A stretch of 64,000 bases of DNA, taken from contig JAYKHS010000011.1 of NCBI GenBank assembly GCA_035285865.1, positions 64,001 to 128,000 on the forward strand. Direction: 5' to 3'. Below, piece after piece: positions 56,155 through 64,000 of the stretch. Positions within the stretch are counted from its first letter, which is position 1. Each line of letters opens with the position of its first letter. The position numbers and the translations under genes were made by a program. Under the pieces are notes generated by a model, which did no database searches, had not been told where the DNA came from, and worked only from the letters and a program-made list of their open reading frames with translations. This stretch comes from Candidatus Sericytochromatia bacterium (GTDB lineage: Bacteria; Cyanobacteriota; Sericytochromatia; S15B-MN24; VGJW01).

Positions 56155-56183
56155 TTGATCTACAGGTCAAATAATGTCATACT
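56155..56183 (+). promoter_or_regulatory. sigma70-type promoter TTGATC-N17-CATACT overlapped by the dyad TTGATC-TACA-GGTCAA
   Basis: AT-rich divergent intergenic region; TG at 56175-56176 gives an extended -10. Confidence 0.55.
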
Positions 56184-56186
56184 GAT

Positions 56187-57848
56187 ATGAGATACCATGC
56201 TGAGCTGGACTTGAGCAGTACCGCCACGGGGATTCATTTGTCTCCGATTGACATCATCCCGCTGGGGCCCTTGCTGGCTGTCGGCTCCTTGGGTTTGGCA
56301 ATTCTTGTTGCCGTGGACGAGTTGCCTGCATCCCCGGTCAATCTCGGGACCCTTCGGCATCTTGCAGAGCAAGCGCTCCGGCGTCACTTCTCTGCTGGCA
56401 TCAGAGTTCACGGACCCAACCTGCATTCGGCATCCGAGTGGTCCTGGCTCGGGACCACGATTGCCGAGCTTGCCGCGGAAACCGTGCAAGTTGCGAGCGA
56501 CGGCCGCGAGGCAGGCTCGACCGCTGACTTCTCCATCGTGAAGATTGCCGATTCGAAGGCCACGCTCTGGCCTGATCATCCGCTGGCGCAACCGCAAGAC
56601 GACCAAGGATGGCAGCAGTTCAGCGACACCGCCGTGCGGCTCACACGACTCGGAGCGTGGGCGGAATCGCTCGGCGATACGCGATGCCTTGATGAAGTCA
56701 TTGCAATCTGGCGCTTGCATCCGCCAGCGGCGACCAACAACGAGCTCATGCCGCTGATTGCAGCAAGGCGGGAACTCGCGTGCGGCAATCCTGCCGAAGC
56801 GTGGGAAATGCTGGACCGGTGGCAGCCCAGCGCACGGGCAGTACGTCGCAGCCGCTGGCTGGCCATGGTCAAAATCCTGGAGTTCCTTGGTGACTATCAG
56901 GCTGCGAGTGGCCTCCTCGACCTCGCCGAACGCCTGTCGGACCCCAAGGACTGGGAGGTCCGGGCACACAGGGCAGTCCTGCAACTCAGGCTCGGCCACC
57001 TGGATGATCTGGCTGCATCCCCGTTGCCCGACGACAACGCCGAGCGTATCCCCGACACCGTTGAATCGGCGATGTGGGCGTCGACTGTCGGCATCGCATG
57101 TTTCCGCCTCGGACGCTACCGGAACGCCATCGCGTGGCATCAATTGGCTCTGTCGGTCAGGAATCGGCTCGGGGACCTTGTTGCCGTGGCGAGAAGCTGG
57201 AACAACATCGGCAATGTCCACATCGAGTCCGGTGCCTTTGATGAAGCGCGCGAGGCCTTTGAAATGGCCGAGTCCCTGCTCGCGCAAGCGGGAGAAGTCG
57301 TGCTCAGAGCGACGGTAGCCAACAATCTTGGCAGCCTGCTGCTCCTCACTGAACGATTCGACGAAGCCAGAACAACCGTTTCACGCGCTTTCGATCTCAA
57401 GGAGGCCTCTGGCGAAGCACCAGGGCGCGCAATCGCCCAAGCGACTTTGGCGGCCATCGAGCTCGGTGCAGGCAATCTTGAGGAAGCGAGGAGGTATCTC
57501 TGGGACGCTCGCATCACGATTGAATCCTGTGGGCTTGAAGAGAACTTGCCGGATGTCGGGATTCTGGATGCAGAGCTCGCGCTGGCAGAAGGCGCCCATG
57601 AAAGGGCTGGCAAACTGCTTCTGGATCTACTTGCATGCGTCGAGGCGAGTCGACCGACGTTGTTGCCTCGCATCCATCGGGGGCTGGCCCGGGTCGCACA
57701 CGAGATGAGCCAGCACTCAAGGACCGACCACCATCTGTTTCAGGCCCTGCGCGCATCAGGGAACAGCGAGCGCCGCCACGAGCACTCGCGAACGCTTGCG
57801 CTTGCCGCGAAGCTCGGACGTCCCCTCGAGGACGCAGATGGCGCATGA
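56187..57848 (+). CDS. TPR protein with MalT/STAND-type TPR repeats
   Basis: ARSWNNIGNVH, ATVANNLGSL, AIAQATLAAI; N-terminal region unrecognised; start uncertain. Confidence 0.75.
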   Translation: MRYHAELDLSSTATGIHLSPIDIIPLGPLLAVGSLGLAILVAVDELPASPVNLGTLRHLAEQALRRHFSAGIRVHGPNLHSASEWSWLGTTIAELAAETVQVASDGREAGSTADFSIVKIADSKATLWPDHPLAQPQDDQGWQQFSDTAVRLTRLGAWAESLGDTRCLDEVIAIWRLHPPAATNNELMPLIAARRELACGNPAEAWEMLDRWQPSARAVRRSRWLAMVKILEFLGDYQAASGLLDLAERLSDPKDWEVRAHRAVLQLRLGHLDDLAASPLPDDNAERIPDTVESAMWASTVGIACFRLGRYRNAIAWHQLALSVRNRLGDLVAVARSWNNIGNVHIESGAFDEAREAFEMAESLLAQAGEVVLRATVANNLGSLLLLTERFDEARTTVSRAFDLKEASGEAPGRAIAQATLAAIELGAGNLEEARRYLWDARITIESCGLEENLPDVGILDAELALAEGAHERAGKLLLDLLACVEASRPTLLPRIHRGLARVAHEMSQHSRTDHHLFQALRASGNSERRHEHSRTLALAAKLGRPLEDADGA

Positions 57849-59392
57849 TGAACGGCTTTGACCTCCGGGACGGAGTCTTCCTTGCCTCCCTCTTGCGGCA
57901 TCTGGAAAGCGATAGCTGGCAAGAGGCCGCGTGGTTCCAAGACGTCGCGGAGATCACGCAGGCCGAAGCGGCGCACTACGATGCGTCCGGGGACCTCCGG
58001 CTCGTTTCCGTCCCCCGAGGCGACGGGGCCAACACGAGTCAGCTCCCCATCCCAGCCTCACTTCCGGTCGGGTCCGATGCCTGGTGCATCTTGCCGTTGG
58101 ATCAGGGTGAGTACCTTGCGGTGGCGACACGAAGCCCAATGGGAGAGGGCATGCACGCTGCCATCAGAGTCATGGTGGCCCTCCGTCGGCAGGCCTTGGC
58201 GGGACGGCCGGAACCGCAGTTGCCTGATGCCCCTTGGGCTCAGGCAGGTCGGCTGCTGTCGCGGGGACGGTTCGACTCACTCGGCCTGACGCCTCTGCTG
58301 GTCTTGGCATGCAGAACGCTTGGTGCGGTGGATGTCCTGGTCCTGTCTTCGACGGAGGAAAATCGTCTTGATGTCGTTGCCCGCGCCGGTGGTGCGGAGG
58401 CAACGTTAGCGGAGGCACCGACCACCACCACCGGACGCACGGCCTGGGTGGACAGCCTGCTGGACTCGGCGCGTGTGCGCTTCACGCGGGGGGCCAGTGC
58501 CATCGAAAGAGAGTTGCCAGGCCTTGAATGCCTCGGCCAGGTCGGTCTCACCCTCTGGCATCCCCTGAGGCGCCGCGGAAGCCATGTTGGCATGGTGCTC
58601 GTCATCTGGGATGACGAGGCCGAACTGGACAGTATCCGCAGTCGATGGCTGGGGAGCCTCGCAGACCTGCTACAACTGCTATTCGAGCACTCGGCCATAT
58701 CTCGGGAACTGCAACATACCCGCCTGACCGTCAGGCAGCATGAGTCGAGAACCGGCGAGGATCAGGCCTTCGTCAAGCAGTTGCTTCACGACTTGCGCAA
58801 CGAAGTGCACGCGCTGGCGCTCCTCGCGGACGATATGCATCAACTGGCAACCCAGCAAGCCGAAGTCGAGACGACGGAGAGCCTGGTGCGGCAGGTTCGA
58901 TGCATGTCAGGTTACCTTGGCCAGGTCGGTCGCAATTGGCAGGATGGTCGGGCGTGGAACGAATCCGCCGGCTTGCAGGTGGCCGACATCTTGAGCAGAG
59001 CCCTCCAGATGGAACCCGCGCTTCAAATGGTCACGACGGATGATGCCCAGTCAGTCGAGCTCCTTTGTCCGCGTACTGTTGCGAACGATCTCGTCGCGGT
59101 CCTCCTGCAAGCGATGGAATCCATCGCACCGGGACACAAGCCGCGCCTCTCGACCCTGCTTACGGCAGGGTGGCTGACACTTGCCGTCGACACACCGGAT
59201 CTGCAACTCGCCGCTCATCCGTCGGGAATCGTGCGCTTGTCTCCACGGCATTTCGGGATGGCCGCAGCAGAGGCCATCTCCATGGTCGAAGACCTCTGCG
59301 TTGCGCACGGCTTCCAGTTCGGTGTCCGCTTGCATCCAGGACATCCACCCCGCCTGCATGCCTCGGTACGCACGGAGTCGTGGGGCCAGTAA
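57845..59392 (+). CDS. GAF domain plus degenerate histidine-kinase-like protein
   Basis: PLRRRGSHVGMVLV GAF strand; H-box-like LLHDLRNEV; no recognisable N/G1/G2 boxes; ATGA coupling to the TPR gene. Confidence 0.6.
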   Translation: MMNGFDLRDGVFLASLLRHLESDSWQEAAWFQDVAEITQAEAAHYDASGDLRLVSVPRGDGANTSQLPIPASLPVGSDAWCILPLDQGEYLAVATRSPMGEGMHAAIRVMVALRRQALAGRPEPQLPDAPWAQAGRLLSRGRFDSLGLTPLLVLACRTLGAVDVLVLSSTEENRLDVVARAGGAEATLAEAPTTTTGRTAWVDSLLDSARVRFTRGASAIERELPGLECLGQVGLTLWHPLRRRGSHVGMVLVIWDDEAELDSIRSRWLGSLADLLQLLFEHSAISRELQHTRLTVRQHESRTGEDQAFVKQLLHDLRNEVHALALLADDMHQLATQQAEVETTESLVRQVRCMSGYLGQVGRNWQDGRAWNESAGLQVADILSRALQMEPALQMVTTDDAQSVELLCPRTVANDLVAVLLQAMESIAPGHKPRLSTLLTAGWLTLAVDTPDLQLAAHPSGIVRLSPRHFGMAAAEAISMVEDLCVAHGFQFGVRLHPGHPPRLHASVRTESWGQ

Positions 59393-59446
59393 TCACATCG
59401 GATGCCGGCTTGTCCGCCGGGCTTGCTGCGGGGTAGGATGCCCGCC

Positions 59447-60691
59447 ATGACTCCAAAGGAAGCCGCCGAAGCCCGGATCGGCCGTGCGGAGGAACGCCTC
59501 GAGGACACCTTCAGGGCCATTCGCGCCACGGAATGGGCCAACACCCGAAGAGTCCTGGAGGCCTTTCAGGCCGCACGTGTCGGTGAAGAACACTTTGCCG
59601 GGACAACGGGCTATGGCCATGACGACCTCGGCAGGGAGTGTCTGGACACCGTCATGGCCACGGTCCTGGGTTCTGAGGCTTCCCTTGTACGAGGCAGCAT
59701 CGCCTCCGGTACTCATGCCATTGCCTTGGCGCTCTACGGTGCGCTTGCACCGGGCCGAGAGTTGCTATACATCACGGGACACCCCTACGACACGCTGGAG
59801 GAAGTCATCGGCCTTCGGGGAGGCGGGCAAGGCTCCTTGATGGAGTGGGGTGTCGGCTATCGGGAGATCGATCTGCTGCCGGACGGCCAGATAGACCTCG
59901 CTGGCTGCCTCGCGGCCATTTCGGACAAGACTGCTGTCGTGGCGATCCAGCGTAGCCGGGGTTATGCATGGAGGCCGTCCCAGTCCATTTCGCGGATTGA
60001 AGAAGCCATCAGCACGCTACGGAAAGCCCACCCGCATCTGGTCTTCTTCGTCGACAACTGCTACGGCGAATTCGTCGAAGACCGCGAGCCAACCCACGTC
60101 GGAGCCGATCTCATCGCGGGTTCGCTCATCAAGAACCCGGGGGCCGGCATCGTGCCAGCGGGTGGTTATGTGGCGGGCAGGGCCGATCTGGTGCACCGAG
60201 CGGCCTGCCGACTTACCGCCCCGGGAATAGGTGCAGCCGGCGGAGCGACGCTGGATTCGCTCCGGCTCATGTTCCAGGGACTCTTTCTGGCTCCCCACGT
60301 GGTTGCCGAAGCCGTCATGGGTGGAGTTCTCGCTGCTGCGGTCCTCGAGGAGATGGGGCATTCCGTCGATCCGGCTCCCACGGATCTGCGCACCGACATC
60401 ATCCAGGCGGTACGGCTCGGCTCGGCGGAACGCCTCGTGACCTTCTGCCAGACCGTGCAGCGTACCTCGCCCATCCACGCGCACGTCACCCCGGAGCCCG
60501 CAGTTGTTCCGGGCTACGCCGATCATGTGGTGATGGCCGCGGGAACGTTCATCGAAGGCTCCACCATCGAGCTCTCGTGTGACGGCCCCTTGCGTCCACC
60601 CTACGTCGCGTACTGGCAGGGAGGGCTCAGCTACGGCCATGCACGAGAAGCCTTGGTTCGCGTGTGCAAAGCTCTGGACCAGTTGGCATGA
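59447..60691 (+). CDS. PLP-dependent methionine gamma-lyase family protein (YnbB / aluminium-resistance type)
   Basis: GTTGYGHDDLGR, SGTHAI, PYDTLEEVIG, IQRSRGY, VDNCYGEF, GSLIKNPG, AGTFIEGSTIELSCDGP. Confidence 0.93.
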   Translation: MTPKEAAEARIGRAEERLEDTFRAIRATEWANTRRVLEAFQAARVGEEHFAGTTGYGHDDLGRECLDTVMATVLGSEASLVRGSIASGTHAIALALYGALAPGRELLYITGHPYDTLEEVIGLRGGGQGSLMEWGVGYREIDLLPDGQIDLAGCLAAISDKTAVVAIQRSRGYAWRPSQSISRIEEAISTLRKAHPHLVFFVDNCYGEFVEDREPTHVGADLIAGSLIKNPGAGIVPAGGYVAGRADLVHRAACRLTAPGIGAAGGATLDSLRLMFQGLFLAPHVVAEAVMGGVLAAAVLEEMGHSVDPAPTDLRTDIIQAVRLGSAERLVTFCQTVQRTSPIHAHVTPEPAVVPGYADHVVMAAGTFIEGSTIELSCDGPLRPPYVAYWQGGLSYGHAREALVRVCKALDQLA

Positions 60692-61134
60692 CTGGCCCCA
60701 GGATTCGACTTGGCGCAGTCCTGATTGAAAGTGGGCGACTCCTGCTGGTCCGCCATCGCAAAGAGGCGCGTACCTATTGGTTACTGCCAGGTGGCGGCCT
60801 GGAGTGCGGTGAGAGCATCGCCGAAGGACTCAAGCGCGAAGTCCGGGAAGAGACCGGATATGAAGCGGAATTTTCTCGGATTCTGGCGCTTGTCGAGACT
60901 CGGGCACCAGACGCCACGCGCCACATCATCCATGTGGTCGCCCTGATGATCCTCGGAACCAAGGGGGAGCGGAGCGATACCGATCCGAGACTGGATGGCC
61001 ACGAATGGTTCCGCGCAGCAGACCTCGAAGGACTCGATCTGCGTCCTGCGGTCAACGGCTGGCTTGCATCAGGTCTGTGCGAGGGCTGGTCGGACAGCGC
61101 GACCCACCTCATACCCGACTGGATTAACGACTAG
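60688..61134 (+). CDS. Nudix hydrolase
   Basis: Nudix box GGGLECGESIAEGLKREVREETG; ATGA overlap. Confidence 0.92.
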   Translation: MTGPRIRLGAVLIESGRLLLVRHRKEARTYWLLPGGGLECGESIAEGLKREVREETGYEAEFSRILALVETRAPDATRHIIHVVALMILGTKGERSDTDPRLDGHEWFRAADLEGLDLRPAVNGWLASGLCEGWSDSATHLIPDWIND

Positions 61135-61232
61135 AATAGTTATCCAAGTAAATCATAAACCCAGCACGACAGTGATCTTGCGAATTATTTTGACCAGCTC
61201 AGGCACTCAGCAAGGATAAAGATTAACCTCAC

Positions 61233-61982
61233 TCAAGATTTCAGTGAGACACCAATATTCCACTGCCGGAAGCTCATGAAGCGAGCCAGTTGGTCTGCAG
61301 TCACCGCAAGGGGTCCCTGCATCGAGTAGGGATCATTGATGATGAAACGATCGCCCTGAAGACCACTGACGAGAATGAAGTGGCCTCCGTCGAAAGGAAC
61401 GTACTGCTGGGGACTCAGGCCAGCATTGTACGCAGCAGGATTACCTGCCAGAACGATCAGTTCACCCTGTCTGACGGCCTGCTCCACGGCTGCCGGAGAC
61501 TCGACGTAACGAGTCTTGAGACCAACCGCCTCGGCACCACGCCGCACATCGACTTCACTGGTGAGTTCGAAGGGATCCTGCCGCCCCGTCATGGCCTGGC
61601 GCACCTGCATGACAAGCGCCTGACGATTGACCTGTGCGGGGACACGATGCAGGGCAAGCAGGGCCATCGCGAGAGAAGCCGGACCACAATTGGCCGTCGA
61701 GGAAGGCGCGTCCGGGTTGTAGCGCGGGTGGCGGACCTGGGCCACGAAGAACCGCTCGGGATCCCCAGCAGGCAGAACAACACCCGCAGACTGCGAACCG
61801 GGAACCCCTTGACCAACTGCCTTGTGACGCGCCGCGAGGCGCTCCAGAAGGTCCAGTCCCTCCTGCCGGTCTCCGGGCATCGAAGGCATCGCGGGAGTCG
61901 AAGGAACAGCACCACCCAAGGGCGTAGCCAAGCGCCCGAGGATACTTGAGGCGGAACCCTGTTGAATATATGGAGGCGTCAC
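61233..61982 (-). CDS. C39-like cysteine peptidase with a disordered N-terminus
   Basis: Q...NCGPASLAM, GHFILVSG, INDP (Cys-His-Asp). Confidence 0.85.
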   Translation of the reverse strand: MTPPYIQQGSASSILGRLATPLGGAVPSTPAMPSMPGDRQEGLDLLERLAARHKAVGQGVPGSQSAGVVLPAGDPERFFVAQVRHPRYNPDAPSSTANCGPASLAMALLALHRVPAQVNRQALVMQVRQAMTGRQDPFELTSEVDVRRGAEAVGLKTRYVESPAAVEQAVRQGELIVLAGNPAAYNAGLSPQQYVPFDGGHFILVSGLQGDRFIINDPYSMQGPLAVTADQLARFMSFRQWNIGVSLKS

Positions 61983-61989
61983 CAGATTA

Positions 61990-62033
61990 TTGTCGCCCGG
62001 AGAAGGCTCGCTCGTGGTTAACGGGTGGTCAAG
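61990..62033 (-). promoter_or_regulatory. CTTGACCA/GTTAACCA 11-bp-period repeats plus GGCGACAA
   Basis: The second repeat starts 25 nt before GGCGACAA, upstream of the C39-like gene. Confidence 0.55.
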
Positions 62034-62418
62034 TTTGCATCAGAAATGGTCCGCGATTGCTCCTGTGGCAACAACAAGCCTCAAACCCAGTGGTGGCAGC
62101 CATTTCCATGGGCCGAGCCCTGGCCCCAGAAGAAGCGCTTGAGTCGCTTCAAAACGTCGCATAAGATTAGTTATGTCAATAAGACCGCCCCGCTCCACCT
62201 CTTCGGAGAACAGGCCGACCCTCGCTGTCGAGTTCGAGTTCGGGCGGCGTCCTTCGATGCTAATGCATTATGTCATCTCCGGGCGCATCGCCCTCGACCT
62301 ATGACTCGGCTTGCCATCAGAATTTGGTAGCCCCAGGCGCCATTCTGGAGAGCTGATGTCCGAAACCTAAGTGACGCAAGCGCTTTAGCCCATCCAGCCC
62401 TGATTCGGGTCGGCCGGA

Positions 62419-62600
62419 GCCTGCGGCAAGCGCGAATCCTGTCATCAGCCGGCCCCTTCCAGAGGGTCAATGGCCGCCCCTATCTGGAGCCGCACCATGC
62501 CACCAGGGTCTCGTCGGCCGGTCTTGACCACCCCCGTTTCGTCGGTGCGATCTGCCCGACGTGGCATCGCGAGATTCATCACGGCCAAATGGCAAGCAAC
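62419..62600 (+). pseudogene. Frameshifted HNH endonuclease remnant (McrA-like)
   Basis: ACGKRESCHQPAP, a frame change near 62455, then FQRVNGRPYLEPHH...DHPRFVGAICPTWHREIHHG; one Cys of each CxxC is replaced and stops lie upstream. Confidence 0.75.
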
Positions 62601-62895
62601 GAAATGCTGAATTGGTCAGTTGCCCGGCCGGAATCGAGCCGCACGACCGAAGCAGACATCAGGGTCCAGCGAGATGCGCCCCATGGACCTGAATCTCAAG
62701 AGTCGGGCAACCTCTCCGTGGGCACGAGCCCGAATCGCCACGGTCGAAAAACTAACCACAACATTAGTTAACCAATGCAGCCATTCACCAAGAACATTAT
62801 CGGCAGCCCAACCCATGCTCTCCATCTTGAGTAATCATAAATCCACCTAATCATGAACCTGAGAAACTATTCAGTCATATCACCCAACAATGAAA

Positions 62896-62925
62896 GCCCC
62901 CGACTCCTTCTCGGGAGTCGGGGGC
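62896..62925 (-). terminator. Intrinsic terminator of the 62950-63240 gene
   Basis: GCCCCCGACTCC-N6-GGAGTCGGGGGC stem, followed on the minus strand by TTTCATTGTT. Confidence 0.75.
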
Positions 62926-62949
62926 GTGATGCCATCGCGGGCGGACTGG

Positions 62950-63240
62950 CTACAGGCCGGGGGGATTCTTCCGCTCAGCCACGGGAGAGGACGTCGCCAC
63001 CTTCGGACCGGCCATCTCCTCGAACGCGCTGATTCGGTTACGGAGATAGTAGAGGGTCTTCAGGCCACGGGTGAAGACATCCTTCAGGTTGCCGGAAGAG
63101 TGCTCGAACTTCGCCAGATCATTACGCTGGTTGGCCTCCTCCACAAGGTCGATCTCGACCAGGCCTCGGATGAAGTCCTTCTCGAGAGCGTTGATCTGCC
63201 GATGGATGACCTCGACGTTCTCGGCGTGATTGGCTGCCAT
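62950..63240 (-). CDS. Small helical hypothetical protein
   Basis: GGAAGGAAGG SD, GC3-biased codons, own terminator. Confidence 0.75.
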   Translation of the reverse strand: MAANHAENVEVIHRQINALEKDFIRGLVEIDLVEEANQRNDLAKFEHSSGNLKDVFTRGLKTLYYLRNRISAFEEMAGPKVATSSPVAERKNPPGL

Positions 63241-63432
63241 GTCTGCCTTCCTTCCGAAGCGGAATGTGCGTTTCATCTTGCTGGAGTATAGGGATTGACG
63301 GCAGGCGAACGGCCGGGATTATGTCAATCGTGACCGCCGCCACGACGAACAGCCAGCCTTGGCCGCGACGACGGTGGCCCCGAAACGGAGGGGATGCAGG
63401 ATCAAGTGGTACCCCGCTGTCAGGAAGGGCCC

Positions 63433-64000
63433 ATGATGCGATACACCAGACCCGACCGAATGCTGCCGGTCCTGCTCGGCCTCTCAGGCTGCCTTGGCGG
63501 CGCCGAGCCCCCCCCGGTGGCGAGTGTCGCTGTGCCCGAGACGACCTCGCGCTCGCGCACGGCCATTGGCTGCGGGGACTGGACGCTGGAGAGCGGGCCC
63601 GGCACCTCGCTGTCACTCTACCGCGGAGCCCGCAGCCTCTCCGTCGACCTCTTCCCCGATGAGATCTCCGGGGGTGCCAGCCTGCGCCCCGGAACGCCGG
63701 TTGCCGACATGAGTCTCGTCTCCAGCGTGGTGCTGGCGTCGGAGTTGCCGGAGGGAGCACGCATAGAGTGGGGCCTGCACGATGGATCCGACCGCCTGCC
63801 CAAGGCTGCGATCAGGTTGGAGCGCGAGGGCATTCCATCCGTAAGGCTGCTGCGACAGGCCAGACCCGGTGAGGCGGCCACGATTGATGGCCTCGTCGTC
63901 GAGGCACAACGCCTCGAGGCGACCCGCGGCACCGTGGTCCTACAGCGCCGAGGCCCATCGGTCCTGCTCAAGGCCCTGTGGGGCCGGGCCACCATGGTCC
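63433..64000 (+). CDS. Putative lipoprotein, 5' part (runs off the window end; absent from the ORF track)
   Basis: Manual translation MMRYTRPDRMLPVLLGLSGCLGGAEPPP..., open to 64000; AGGAAGG SD; lipobox LSGC. Confidence 0.65.
   Translation, partial: MMRYTRPDRMLPVLLGLSGCLGGAEPPPVASVAVPETTSRSRTAIGCGDWTLESGPGTSLSLYRGARSLSVDLFPDEISGGASLRPGTPVADMSLVSSVVLASELPEGARIEWGLHDGSDRLPKAAIRLEREGIPSVRLLRQARPGEAATIDGLVVEAQRLEATRGTVVLQRRGPSVLLKALWGRATMV

Noticed and set aside
56155..56170. FNR box
   Set aside because: The TTGAT and GTCAA half-sites are 6 nt apart rather than 4; kept only as an unassigned dyad.
62180..62260. Possible tRNA (GTTCGAGT T-loop-like sequence)
   Set aside because: I could not fold a cloverleaf with an acceptor stem and anticodon arm.

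Overview
GC-rich (roughly two-thirds G+C by eye) bacterial chromosome segment with no intact mobile element, rRNA, tRNA or CRISPR array that I can support. Housekeeping genes: rph (partial), alaS, hppD, mnmA, sdaAA/sdaAB, rpsT, an unsplit dnaE and a selenocysteine-containing selD. Interspersed accessory loci: a sugar ABC transporter operon ending in a subtilase; a GNAT-kinase-pseudouridine synthase operon; a TIGR04552-like RelA/SpoT-fold protein; a TrkA-TrkA-APC potassium module; a 1794-aa Ser/Thr kinase-STAND-GAF-GAF-GGDEF protein; five consecutive NHL beta-propeller lipoproteins, some with short peptide tandem repeats; and a decayed HNH fragment. DnaE carrying the cyanobacterial 'EY|CFN' intein junction without an intein, a cyanobacteria-like MnmA and cyanobacterial Pho-box-like repeats suggest (inference only) a non-photosynthetic relative of Cyanobacteria such as Sericytochromatia. 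Most novel-looking signals: (1) a promoter architecture of 11-bp-period YTTAAC repeats 25-26 nt upstream of a sigma28-like -10, found before four dispersed secreted-type genes, two sharing a lipoprotein leader and two having flagellar-export-like N-termini; (2) the NHL lipoprotein array next to the kinase-diguanylate cyclase; (3) UGA/SECIS recoding in selD, missed by the ORF track; (4) apparently frequent leaderless mRNAs. All family assignments come from motif recognition by eye; no database search was run.
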